Part shown: positions 11,723 through 24,899 of the stretch, piece by piece
Numbering within the stretch: the stretch's first letter is position 1
Layout of the letters: every line of letters begins with the position of its first letter
NCBI GenBank assembly: GCA_028826165.1
Contig: JAPDFW010000058.1
Span: 496,001 to 560,000, forward strand
Reading direction: 5' to 3'
Source: Anaeramoeba ignava BMAN
Lineage: Eukaryota > Protista > Anaeramoebae
Length of the DNA stretch: 64,000 bases
Translations under genes and position numbers: made by a program
The notes under the pieces: model-generated
The model's database searches: none
Seen by the model: the letters and a program-made list of their open reading frames with translations, nothing else
What the model was told of the DNA's origin: nothing

Positions 11723-11764
11723 TTTCAAAAGAAAAGAAAAATGAAAAAAAAATGAAAAAAATTT

Positions 11765-13890
11765 AGAATTTGATTTATAATTTAATTTGACTTTGATTTA
11801 TAATTTGATTTATAATTTGATTTATAATTTGTTTATAATTTTGATTTATAATTTGATTTATAATTTAATTTATAATTTTATTTATAAATTTAATTTATAA
11901 TTTAATTTATAATTTGATTTATAATTTAATTTATAATTTAATTTATAATTTTATTTATAATTTAATTTATAATTTAATTTATAATTTGATTTATAATTTA
12001 ATTTATAATTTAATTTATAATTTGATTTTATAATTTAATTTTATTTTATAATTTAATTTGACTTTGTTTTTATAATTTAATTTATAATTTGTTTTATAAT
12101 TTAATTTATAATTTAATTTATAATTTTGTTTTATATTAAATTTAATTTATAATTTATTTTATTTATAATTTAATTTATTTTGATTTATAATTTAATTTTA
12201 TTTTATAATTTGTTTTATAATTTGTTTTATAATTTGTTTTATAATTTAATTTATAATTTATTTTATAATTTGTTTTATAATTTAATTTATAATTTGATTT
12301 ATAATTTAATTTATAATTTTATTTATAATTTAATTTATAATTTGATTTATAATTTTAATTTATAATTTGATTTATAATTTAATTTATAATTTATAATTTA
12401 ATTTATAATTTAATTTATAATTTTGATTTATAATTTAATTTTATAATAATTTATAATTTATAATTTTATTATTTATTTATAATTTATTTTATTTAATTTT
12501 AATTTTATTTATAATTTAATTTATAATTTTATTTAATTTGGTTTATAATTTAATTTATAATTTGTTTTATAATTTAATTTATAATTTTATAATTTTTTAA
12601 TTTGATTTATAATTTAATTTATAATTTAATTTATAATTTGTTTTATAATTTAATTTATAATTTAATTTATAATTTAATTTATAATTTGTTTTTATAATTT
12701 GTTTTTAATAATTTATAATTTGTTTTATAATTTTTTATAATTTAATTTATAATTTTATTTTATAATTTAATTTATAATTTAATTTATAATTTAATTTATA
12801 ATTTAATTTATAATTTGATTTTATAATTTTTAATTTGATTTTAATTTAATTTATAAATTTATTTATAATTTAATTTATAATTTGTTTATAATTTTATTTA
12901 TAATTTGATTTATAATTTTGATTTATAATTTAATTTATAATTTAATTTATAATTTAATTTTAATTTATTTATAATTTGGTTTTTATAATTTATAATTTAT
13001 TTTTAATTTTATTTTAATTTTAATTTATTTATAATTTAATTTATAATTTGATTTATAATTTTATTTATAATTTGGTTTTAATTTAATTTATAATTTTATT
13101 TATAATTTAATTTATAATTTAATTTATAATTTTATTTATTATTTAATTTATAATTTAATTTATAATTTAATTTATAATTTTAATTTTAATTTAATTTTAT
13201 TTATAATTTAATTTTATTTATAATTTGTTTTATAATTTAATTTAATTTATAATTTGATTTTAATTTAATTTATAATTTATTTTATAATTTGATTTATAAT
13301 TTAATTTATAATTTGATTTTATAATTTATTTATAATTTAATTTATAATTTGATTTATAATTTAATTTGACTTTGTTTATAATTTGATTTATAATTTGATT
13401 TATAATTTAATTTTTATTTATAATTTATTTTATAATTTATTTATAATTTAATTTATAATTTAATTTATAATTTAATTTTATTGTTTATAATTTTATTTAT
13501 AATTTAATTTATTTATAATTTATTTTTATAATTTAATTTATAATTTTAATTTATAATTTGATTTATAATTTAATTTATAATTTTAATTTATAATTTAATT
13601 TATAATTTAATTTTATAATTTAATTTATAATTTTATTTATAATTTAATTTATGAATTTGTTTTATAATTTTAATTTATTTATAATTTAATTTATAATTTA
13701 ATTTATAATTTATTTTATAATTTAATTTTATTTAATTTTATTTATAATTTTATTTATAATTTGATTTATAATTTGATTTATAATTTGATTTATAATTTGA
13801 TTTATAATTTAATTTATAATTTTATTTATAATTTGTTTTATAATTTGATTTATAATTTGTTTTATAATTTGATTTATAATTTAATTTGTA
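11765..13890. repeat. About 2.1 kb intergenic degenerate 12-bp repeat (TTTATAATTTAA / TTTATAATTTGA)n
   Basis: Directly visible; fills nearly all the space between PAM18 and DNAAF11. Confidence 0.95.
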
Positions 13891-13911
13891 AATTGATTTG
13901 ATGTTGTTTTT

Positions 13912-14424
13912 CTAATTGGAATTTTCATTTGATTTTCCACTTATTAAAAGGTCTTTTGCTTGATTAATTTTTGAAGAAAGATATTCAGAGCCACCTCTAT
14001 CAGGATGATTTAAATAAATAAGTTTAAGATGAGCTTCTTTAATTTTATCATGTGAAGAAGATTTTTTAACATTAAGAATTTTTGCTGCTTCATTTCTTGT
14101 CATTTGTGTTTCAAATCCATTTTGATGATTTGGTCCATATCCAAGTGCTTTTGTGGCTTGAGAAAATGCAAAACTAACTGCTATTTTAGTTCCTATAGAA
14201 ATTGCTACAGTTCCTAATACCCATTTTCCAATTCTTTTTGGTTCAAAATTCTTTATTTTTTGAATTAAATTTTTTGAATTAAATTTTTTGAATTAAATTT
14301 TTTAAATTAAATTTTTTAAATTAAATTTTTTGAATTAAATTTTTTAAATTAAATTTTTTGAATTAAATTTTTTAAATTAAATTTTTTGAATTAAATTTTT
14401 TAAATTAAATTTTTTTACACTCAT
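13912..14424 (-). CDS. PAM18: Mitochondrial/MRO import motor J-protein Pam18/Tim14
   Basis: Exon 1 is ATGAGT (14424-14419), intron 14251-14418, exon 2 has a TM segment, GFETQMTRNEAAKIL and NHPDRGGSEYLSSKINQAKDLL (Pam18 signature). Confidence 0.92.
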
Positions 14425-14717
14425 GTTTTTTAATTTTAAAAAAAAGAAAGAAAGAAAAAATGAAAATGAAAAAAATGAAAATAAATTTTTTCCGATTTTA
14501 ATTTTAATTTTAATTTTAATTTTAATTTTAATTTTAATTTTAATTTTTATTATTTTTATTATTATTATTATTAATTTGGAAAAAAAAAATTTGTTTTTTT
14601 GATTTTAAAAAAAGAAAGGGAAATTCTTAATTTTCTTTTGTAAAAAATGAAGTTTTTGTTTTTCTTAAAAAATAATTAAAAAATTTGTTTTCTTTCTTTT
14701 AAAATTTTAATTTAAAT

Positions 14718-16695
14718 TTAATCAGTGTTTGTCTCACTTGTATCATCATTATCATCATCATTATCATCATTATCGTTATCATTATCATTATCATGAAGAT
14801 TAGCATTATCATTACCAATTTGTTCATGTGATTGAGGAGGATGTTGATAAACTTCATTTTCTTCAGGTTTTTCATAACTTGATCTATCTGTAAAACTCAT
14901 TGGTTCATCATAAACTTGATGATGATGATTAATTCCAATCAAAATAACCTAATATTATTTTATAATTAATTATTATTTTATAATTAATTATTATTTTATA
15001 ATTAAATATTATTTTATAATTAATTATTATTTTATAATTAAATATTATTTTATAATTAATTATTTTTTATAATTAAATATTATTTTGTAATTAAATATTA
15101 TTTTATAATTAAATATTATTTTATAATTAAATATTATTTTATAATTAAATATTATTTTATAATTAAATATTATTTTATAATTAAATATTATTTTATAATT
15201 AAATATTATTTTATAATTAATTATTATTTTATAATTAATTATTATTTTATAATTAAATATTATTTTATAATTAAATATTATTTTATAATTAAATATTATT
15301 TTGTAAATAATTATTATTTTATAATTAAATATTATTTTATAATTAATTATTATTTTATAATTAAATATTATTTTGTAATTAAATTATTATTTTGTAATTA
15401 AATATTATTTTATAATTAATTATTATTTTATAATTAATTATTATTTTACAATTAAATATTATTTTGTAATTAAATATTATTTTATAATTAATTATTATTT
15501 TATAATTAAATATTATTTTATAATTAAATATTATTTTGTAATTAAATATTATTTTGTAATTAAATATTATTTTATAATTAAATATTATTTTATAATTAAA
15601 TATTATTTTGTAATTAATTATTATTTTATAATTAAATATTATTTTATATTTAATTATTATTTTATAATTAAATATTATTTTATAATTAAATATTATTTTA
15701 TAATTAAATATTATTTTATAATTAATTATTATTTTAAAATTAAATATTATTTTATAATTAAATATTATTTTTGTAATTAAATATTAATTTATAATTAAAT
15801 ATTATTTTATAATTAATTATTATTTTATAATTAATTATTATTTTATAATTAAATATTATTTTAAAATTAAATATTATTTTGTAATTAAATATTATTTTAT
15901 AATTAAATATTATTTTATAATTAAATATTATTTTATAATTAATTATTATTATTTTATAATTAAATATTATTTTATAATTAAATATTATTTTGTAATTAAA
16001 TATTAATTTTATAATTAAATATTATTTTTATAATTAAATATTATTTTATAATTAAATATTATTTTATAATTAAATATTATTTTATAATTAAATATTATTT
16101 TATAATTAAATATTATTTTATAATTAAATATTATTTTATAATTAAATATTATTTTATAATTAAATATTATTTTATAATTAAATATTATTTTATAATTAAA
16201 TATTATTTTGTAATTAAATATTATTTTGTAATTAATTATTAATTTATAATTAAATATTATTTTATAATTAAATATTATTTTATAATTAATTATTATTTTG
16301 TAATTAAATATTATTTTATAACTAATTATTATTTTGTAATTAAATATTTCGTAATAATTGATTGAATTCACCATCGCAAGAGCAGAAAAAGCAGCAGCTA
16401 AAGTATAAGTTCTTGCACTTTTTAAACAACTTTCACCAGCATCACTATAACTAAAGCAAAATAAATTATGAACAATAGAAGCACCACATAAAGATAATCC
16501 AATTAATAAAATGAAAAAATAATTTAAAATTTTTCTTGCTTCTGATGTAAGCTTATCTAAACCTGCAAGAATTATCATTGTAATGGATGCAAAAAGAGAA
16601 AATAATCCAGCAAAAACATACAGAACAATTCTCTTTGTTCTTGATGTTCCAAGACTTCCTGTTTATGATATAATTGTTATAGATTTTTTTTCCAT
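14718..16695 (-). CDS. Small multi-pass membrane protein with acidic tail, unknown family
   Basis: About three hydrophobic segments (IVLYVFAGLFSLFASITMIILAG; YFFILLIGLSLCGASIV; YTLAAAFSALAM|VILIG). Intron 14949-16371 joins in frame. The start is uncertain: the ATG at 16695 meets an in-frame TAA after 10 codons, probably from indel errors. Confidence 0.55.
14952..16345. repeat. Intronic 18-bp tandem repeat (TAATTAAATATTATTTTA)n
   Basis: Directly visible; produces the spurious (NYKIIF)n translation. Confidence 0.95.
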
Positions 16696-17029
16696 TTTAA
16701 ATTTTTGTTGTTTTTTTTTTTAATTTTTTTTTGTATTTTTAAATAAGATTTTACCAAGACAAATCACTTGAATAAACCAAAAAATCTGAATAAAAAGAAA
16801 TATGAAAAAATTTTAATTTTAATTTTAATTTTAATTTTAATTTTAATTTTTAATTGTTTTTTGTTTACAATATTTGCAAGATTTGTGAAAAAACCAATTT
16901 TAGAAGAGAAAAGATTGCCAAAAAAAGACATGATAAAAAGAATAAAATGAAAAAAATGAAAAAAATGAAAAAAATGAATTATTTTTTTTTCATTTTTTTT
17001 CTTTCATTTTTATTTTCATTATTTTTAAA

Positions 17030-19253
17030 ATGGAACCAATAACTTTTACAACTGAACATGAAGATACAATTCATGATGCACAAATGGATTATTATGGAAA
17101 AAAATTAGCAACATGTTCTTCAGATAAAATTATTAAAATATTTAAAATTACTGATAATGAACAAATACATGTTGCTGATTTAAAAGGGTATATTAAATTT
17201 TGATTTAGCATCACAATACAAATCAAATTTTAAATTTAAAATCAATATTAAAATTAAATCAAAATTAAAATTAAAATTAAATCAAAAATTAAATCAAAAT
17301 TAAATCCAAATTAAATCAAAATTAAATCAAATCAAATCAAAATTAATATTAAAATTAAATCAAAATTAAATTAAAATTAAATTAAAAATTAAAATTAAAA
17401 TTAAATCAAAATTAAATCAAAATTAAATCAAAATCAAAATCAAAATTAAATCAAAATTAAATCAAAATTAAATCAAAATTAAATCAAAATTAAAATCAAA
17501 ATTAAATTAAAATTAAATCAAATTTAAATTAAAATTAAAATTAAAATTAAAATTCAAAATTAAATCAAAATTAAAATTAAATTTAAATCAAAATTAAAAT
17601 TAAAATTAAATCAAAATTAAAATCAAAATTAAATTAAAATTAAATTAAAATTAAATCAAATTTTAAATTAAAATTAAAATTAAAATCAAAATTAAAATCA
17701 AAATTAAATCAAAATTAAATCAAAATTAAATCAAAATTAAATCAAATCAAATCAAAATCAATATTAAAATTAAATCAAAATTAAATCAAAATTAAATTAA
17801 AATTAAAATAAAATTAAAATTAAATCAAAATTAAATCAAAATTAAATCAAAATTAAATCAAAATTAAAATTAAAATCAAAAAAATTAAAAATTAAATCAA
17901 AAATTAAATCAAAATTAAAATTTAAAATTAAAATCAAAAAATTAAAATCAAAATTAAATCAAAATTTAAATCAAATTTAAATCAAAATTAAAAATAAAAT
18001 TAAAATTAAATCAAAATTAAATCAAAATTAAATCAAAATTAAATCAAAATTAAATCAAAATTAAATTAAAATTAAATCAAAATTAAATCAAAATTAAATC
18101 AAAATTAAATCAAAATTAAATCAAAATTAAATCAAAATTAAATCAAAATTAAATTAAAATTAAATCAAAATTAAATCAAATTTTAAATCAAAATTAAATC
18201 AAAAATTAAATCAAAATTAAATTAAAATAAAAATTAAATCAAAATTAAATCAAAATTAAATTAAATCAAAATTAAATCAAAATCAAAATTAAATCAAAAT
18301 TAAATCAAAATTAAATCAAAATTAAATCAAAATTAAATCAAAATTAAATATAAAATAAAATAAAATCAAAATATCAAAATTAAAATCAAAATTAAATCAA
18401 AAATCAAAATTAAAATTAAATCAAAATTAAATCAAAATTAAATCAAAATTAAAAATAAAAATAAATTAAAAATTAAATCAAAATTAAAATAAAAAGACAT
18501 GAAGGTCCAGTTTGGGCTGTATCATGGTGTCACCCAAGATTTGGGGTAATGCTTGCCTCATGCAGCCACGATCGAAGAGTAATAATTTGGAAAGAAATAG
18601 ATAGTGAAAACAACATATGGCAAAAAGAATATGAATATTTAGAACACAAATCATCAGTAAATTCTATAAGCTGGAGCCCACAAGAATATGGACTAAACTT
18701 AGCATGTGGATCATCCGATTCCATGGTGTCGATATTAACGTTTTCAGGGGAACAATGGACACACAAAAAGTTCAAAGCACACCAGATCGGTTGTAATTCC
18801 GTTTCATGGGCACCGTTCAATCCCACTGGGTCCTTAATCACCAGCGGCGAAGATAACACAACTCCAACTCTCAGACTCGTCACCGGTGGATGCGACCATC
18901 TTGTCAAAATATGGGTCTATTTACAAAAAGAAAAGGAATGGAAATTTGAGTGCAATTTGGAAGGTCATGAAAATTGGGTCCGTTCTGTTTCTTGGGCTCC
19001 AAATATCGGTTTGCCCTTCCAGACTATTGCAAGTTGTTCTCAGGATAAAAAGGTCATCATCTGGTCTTCAAGATCAGATGGAAAGTGGGAAAAAAATATT
19101 TTGCCTACTTTTGATGATATTGTTTGGTCAGTTAGTTGGTCTTTTACTGGTAATGTTTTGGCTGTTTCTTCGGGTGAAAATTCGGTTACTTTGTGGAGAG
19201 AAAAAAATGATGGAAATTGGTATTGCTTTTCTGATTTATCCAATCAAAATTAA
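17030..19253 (+). CDS. SEC13: COPII/nuclear pore WD40 protein Sec13
   Basis: Exon 1 17030-17187 ([24 protein letters not shown]), intron 17188-18496, exon 2 ([17 protein letters not shown]...CNSVSWAP...[14 protein letters not shown]). Confidence 0.97.
17225..18490. repeat. Intronic 11-bp tandem repeat (AAAATTAAATC)n
   Basis: Directly visible inside the SEC13 intron. Confidence 0.95.
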
Positions 19254-19407
19254 TTCCTTAATATCAGTGAAAAATAATTTTCTTTCTTTCTTCCTTCTTT
19301 CTTTCTTTTTTTCTTTCTTTTTTTTAGAATTAAAAATAAAATCAATTTTACAATATTTTTACATTTTTCATTTTTTTTTTTGCCAATCCAAAAAAATTTA
19401 TTTAAAA

Positions 19408-21362
19408 ATGCAAACTTATTCAAATTTAGAAAAACTTTCAAATGATTTAAAAAATTTATTTCAAAATCAAAATGGAAATGAAAAGAAGAAGAAAGTTATT
19501 TTGATTTTGAAATAATTTGTGAACAAAATCAAACTTCATTTAAAACTCATAAATCAATTCTTTCTTCAAGAAGTCAATATTTTAAATCTCTTTTTAATTC
19601 AAAAATGAAAGAATATCAAGAAAATAAATTGATTCTTCAAGATGTTTCAAGTTCAATTCTATTTCCAATTTTGAATTATTTTTATTCAGGAAAAATTGAA
19701 TTTAATTTAGAAAATGCAATTCAAATTTTATTTTTTTCATCAAAATATTTAATTGATGAATTAATTGAAATTTCTTCTAATTTTATCAAAAACAATTTCA
19801 GATTTGAAACTGTTGTTGATGTTCTTAAATTATCTGAATCAATGAACTTCAATCAATTATTAGATTCTTCTTATCAATTTATTTTTGAAAATTTTCAAGA
19901 ATTTATCAAAACTTCATTTTTTCTTGAACTTGAAGAAAATCATTTAAATTCATTATTATTAAATAATGAAATTCCAATAAATGAATTTGAAAAATTTCAA
20001 TCAATAATAAAATGGGGAAAACATAAATTAAATATTAATCAAGAAAAAAAAGAAAAAGAAAAATTACAAATCCAAATTTCAAATCTTATTCATAAAATCA
20101 AATTTGATGAGTTCTCAAAAGAAGAAATTGAATATTCTTTGAAAGAAGAATTAATTCCAAATCATCTTTCACAAAAATTAATTCAATTCCAACAATTTCA
20201 ATATGAACAAGAACATGAAAAGAAGTTGAATGAATTTAAACAAGACCCAAATCAATATCCAAATCAAAATCAATATCCAAATCAATATCAATATCAAAAT
20301 CAATATCAAAATGAATATCAAAATCCAAATCCAAATAAAAATCAATATCCAAATCAATATCAAAATGAATATCAAAATGAATATCAAAATCAAAATCAAT
20401 ATCCAAATCAATATCAAAATGAATATCAAGATCCAAATCCAAATCAAAATGAATATCAAAATCAAAATCAAAATCAAAATCAATATCAAAATCAATATCA
20501 AGATCCAAATCCAAATCAAAATGAAAATGAATATCAAAATCAATATCAAAATCAAAATGAATATGAAAATCAAAATCCAAATTCAAATCAAAAACCAAAT
20601 CAATATCAAAATCCAAATCAATATCAAAATCAAGATCCAAATCCAAATCAATATCAAAATCAAATTCAAAATCAATATCAAAATCAAGATCCAAATCAAG
20701 ATCCATATCAATATCAATATCAAAATCAAAATCAAAATCAAAATCAATTAATTTTACATCAAAGTTCTGAATTTGATTCAATTATTCATGAAGAAGATTA
20801 TTATCAAAGATTAAAAGAATGGATAAATGATGATAAATTCTTTTACAAAATGAAATTGGGATTTTCAGCAAAAAGAAACGGATTTGATTCTCAAAATTGG
20901 CATAATATTTGTGATAATAAAGGAAAAACATTAATTATTATCAAAACAAAAGATAATTTTATTTTTGGAGGTTTTACTAAAGTTGGGTTTATAAGTAATA
21001 AATCAAAATGGAGAAAGAAAGATAGAAAGAAAAATAAAGGTTTTATTAAAGATCCAAACGCCTTTATTTTCTCTTTAAGAAATGATATTAATGATAGAAA
21101 TCCTGAGAGATTTACAATTAAAAAAGGAAAGGAACAATTTGCTATTCTGTATTCAGTGTTTCAAGGTCCAATTTTTGGTGGAGATGATAATTTTCTTCAA
21201 GATTTTTTGTTAAAGAATAATTTCCAACCTGGTTTTTCAAATTTTGGTTCTACTTATAATCTCCCTCAAGGAATTAAATATGAGACATATCAAGCTCAAA
21301 GTTACTTAGCTGGTTCTTATGATTCATGGATTGTTGATGAACTTGAGACTTATTTCATTTAA
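19408..21362 (+). CDS. BTB-BACK-TLDc protein with Q/N/Y/P-rich insert; frameshift near 19472
   Basis: ATG 19408 (MQTYSNLEKLSNDL). Adding one A in the A-run near 19472 gives YFDFEIICEQ...FKTHKSILSSRSQYFKSLF, which joins ORF 19605. TLDc motif GFDSQNWHNICDNKGKTLIIIKTKDNFIFGGFT...ELETY. Confidence 0.85.
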
Positions 21363-21712
21363 TTTCATTTTTTTTTCATTTAATTTCATTTTTTTTTCAA
21401 AATTCAATTCAATTTTCATTTACTTTCAATCAAATTAAATTCTTCAAATTAATAAATAGGAAACAAATCCAATTTTAAAACAATTTAATTTAAATTAAAA
21501 TCATTATTAAAAATTTCAAAAACAATTATCAAAACAAAAATAAAAATTGAAAATAGAAATTAATAATAATTAAATTTAAATTATTTCTTATTAGATGAAT
21601 AATAAACAAATTGAAATTAATTAATTACTCAATATTATTAAAATTCCATTTTTATCTTTATTAAAATATTTCAATTATTTAATTAATTTTATATAATTTT
21701 TTAAAATAAGTT

Positions 21713-22085
21713 TAATTTAATATTTAATTTATAAATTGATTTAAAAATATAATTTAATATTTAATTTTATTATTAAAATATTAATTTATTGTTTTAGATT
21801 TAAATATTTTATTATTTAAATGTTTAACATATAAATATAAAAAAATAAGAATAGATTTAATTTAATATTCAATTTATAAATTGATTTAAAAATATAATTT
21901 AATATTTAATTTTATTATTAAAATATTAATTTAATGCTTTAGATTTAAATATTTTATTATTTAAATATTTAACATATAAATATAAAAAATGGGAATAGGT
22001 TTAATTTAATATTTAATTTGTAAATTAATTTAAAAATATAATTTAATATTTAATTTTATTATTAAAATAATAATTTATTATTTAA
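21713..22085. repeat. About 2.5 copies of a ~145-bp AT-rich unit
   Basis: TAAATTGATTTAAAAATATAATTTAATATTTAATTTTATTATTAAAAT recurs near 21732, 21877 and 22021. Confidence 0.8.
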
Positions 22086-22532
22086 TTTAAATATTTTTTA
22101 AAAATATTTTTAGAAAAATTGATTTTTTTTAATTTATAAAATTTTATCTTTTTTAAATTAAATTAATTTAATGTTTTAATTTAAAATATTTTATTTAAAA
22201 ATATTTTGAAAATTGATTTTTGAAATTAAAATTTTATCTTTTTTTAAATTCAAAAATTATTAAATTTAAAAATTAAATTAAAATAGTTTTCCATTTTTTT
22301 AAAAAATTAAATTAAAAAATTAATAAAAATAATAATAATTTATTAATAAATTAATTTAAAATAATAAATTAAAAAGAAAATTAAATTAATTATTAATTTA
22401 AATTTATTCTTATTTTTTATATTTTTATTTATTTTCAAAATCCACTTTTTTTATTTATTTTTTTTTTTAATTTTTTTTTCATTTTTCCTTTTTAAAACAA
22501 AAACAAAAACAAAAAACAAAAACAAAAACAAA

Positions 22533-24561
22533 ATGGATAATAATAATAATAACCAAATTGAAAATGCAAATCAAAATCAAAATGAAAATGAAATGAAAAA
22601 TTTAGAAAAAAAAGTAACAAAAAATTTAATTGAAGATTATTCAAACCTTTTAAATGGAAATTCATTTAAAGATTTTTCAATTTTTGTTGAGAATAAATCA
22701 AATCCTTTTGAAATTAAAGTTCATAAATCAATTTTATCTTCAAGATCTCCTTTTTTTAATGAATCATTAAGGCAAGAATCTCTTTCTATTTTTTTAAATC
22801 AATTTAATAAAAAAGAAATGGAATCAATTTTGAGTTATATTTATTATGGAAATATTTCTTTTGAGAATCAAGAAAATCTTATCCAATTATTGGAAATTTC
22901 AATTTATTTTAAATTAAATTTATTGAAAGAAATTATTCAAAAAAAAATTTTAAATTCAATTAATTATTCAAATTTTTTCCAATTTTTATTCCAAAATCGA
23001 AATTTAAATTCAAATGAAATTGAAATAAAATGTTTTGAATTAATAAATCAAAATTTTTCCCAAATTCAAAATAATGAAAATTTATTCAATTTAACTAAAG
23101 AAGAAATTATCAAATTTATTCAATTTAAACAAGAAAAAAAAGAAATTTTTCAATTTGATTTTTTTCAATTTTTAAATAATTGGATTAAAAAAAGAAATGA
23201 AAGATTAAAAGGAAAGAAATATGAACACAAGATGAATGCAAAGAAAAGATTATTTCATTCTTTTTTTTCATTATTTGATAAATATTCAATTTCAAAACAA
23301 GATTTTGATAAATTAAAACAATTTGAAATTTTTCCCAAATCTTTTTTAGTTGATATTCAAAACAAAATTATACAAGACAATCAAAAACAAGAAAAGAAAT
23401 TAAAATTGAAAAGAAAGGAAATTCGACTTAAGAATCACGAAATTAAAGATAAAATCAAAGAAGTTGAGAAAATGAAAAAGGAAATTGAGGATAAATGGAA
23501 GAAAGAAGTTGAGAAAATGAAACCAACCTTTGATAAATATGGAGAACAATATCAAAAAGATTTGGAATATAAAAGAAAGACAAATAAAAGAAATTAAAAA
23601 GAATTTTCCCCAATTTGAAGATTCAGAAATTGTTAAAGACATTGAATATGTTAAGAAATTACAAGAATGGATAAATGATAATGATTTTTTTTCTAAAATG
23701 AAAAAAGGATTTTCAGCAAAAAGAGATGGATTTAATTCTCAAAATTGGCATAAAGCAGTTGATAATAAAGGAAAAACATTAGTTATTATCAAAACAAAAG
23801 ATAATTTTATTTTTGGAGGTTTTACTCAAGTTGGATGGACAAATGATAAATCAAAATGGAATGAAGAAGATAGAAATGATGATTTTGGAGATATTATTGA
23901 TCCAAATGTTTTCCTTTTTTCATTAAGAAATGATAAAGGAGATAGAAAACCTGAGAAGTTTACAATTAAAAAAGGAAAAGAAAAATTTGCCATTTATTAT
24001 GAATCAGAATTTGGTCCAAGTTTTGGAAGTAATTCTGAAAATATTATTATAATTAAAATTAAAATTAATAAATAATCCAAAATATTAATATAATAAATAA
24101 TATTATTATTTCAATTTAAAATAAAATTAAATTTAAATTAAATTATTATTAATTATTATTAAAATTAATTATTTATTTTTATTAAAATAGATGGTAAATA
24201 ATTTTTATTTAATAAATATTTATTATTATAATTAAAATTAAAATTAAAATTAAAATTAAATTAAATTAATAAATAATCCAAAATATTAATATAATAAATA
24301 ATATTATTATTTCAATTTAAAATAAAATTAAATTTAAATTAAATTATTATTAATTATTATTAAAATTAATTATTTATTTTTATTAAAATGTTTATAGGTG
24401 ATTGTGGTTTAAATTCTAAATTACAACCTGGTGAATCAAATTTTGGTTCTACTTATAATCTGCCTAATGGAATTACTTATCAATCAAATGAAGCTAGAAG
24501 TTATTTAGCTGGTTCTTATCAATCATGGGTTGTTGATGAACTTGAGACTTATTTCATTTAA
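22533..24561 (+). CDS. BTB, coiled coil and TLDc protein; frameshift near 23572, intron 24029-24397
   Basis: BTB (DFSIFVE...IKVHKSILSSRSPFF). An extra A near 23572 separates the two ORFs. The TLDc domain continues after a GT-AG intron (FGS|DCGLNSKLQPGESNFGSTY...SYLAGSYQSWVVDELETYFI*). Confidence 0.85.
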
Positions 24562-24899
24562 TTTCATTTTTTTTCATTTTTTTTTCATTTTTTTTTTCAA
24601 AATTCAATTCAATTTTCATTTACTTTCAATCAAATTAAATTCTTCAAATTAATAAATAAGAAACAAATCCAATTTTAAAACAATTTAATTTAAATTAAAA
24701 TCATTATTAAAAATTTCAAAAACAATTATCAAAACAAAAATAAAAATTGAAAATAGAAATTAATAATAATTAAATTTAAATTATTTCTTATTAGATGAAT
24801 AATAAATAAATTGAAATTAATTAATTACTCAATATTATTAAAATTCCATTTTTATCTTTATTAAAATATTTCAATTATTTTATTAATTTTTTTATAATT

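Noticed and set aside
11765-13890. The repeat as a giant intron joining PAM18 and DNAAF11
   Set aside because: It is G-poor on the minus strand like the introns, but no GT donor is visible after the PAM18 stop, and DNAAF11 has its own upstream motif and ATG.
16015-16370. (NYKIIF)n repeat protein
   Set aside because: Read-through into an 18-bp intronic repeat; the GT at 16371 and AG at 14949 give a sensible spliced product.
16660-16695. TAA read-through or an alternative genetic code
   Set aside because: A single instance next to homopolymers; TAA is the normal terminator of most genes in the window.
20178-20781. Overlapping ORFs of poly-IL, IK and DF dipeptides (also 29732-30040, 31360-32148, 44508-45606, 53403-53603)
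   Set aside because: Alternative-frame or antisense translations of hexamer microsatellites, with no independent coding signal.
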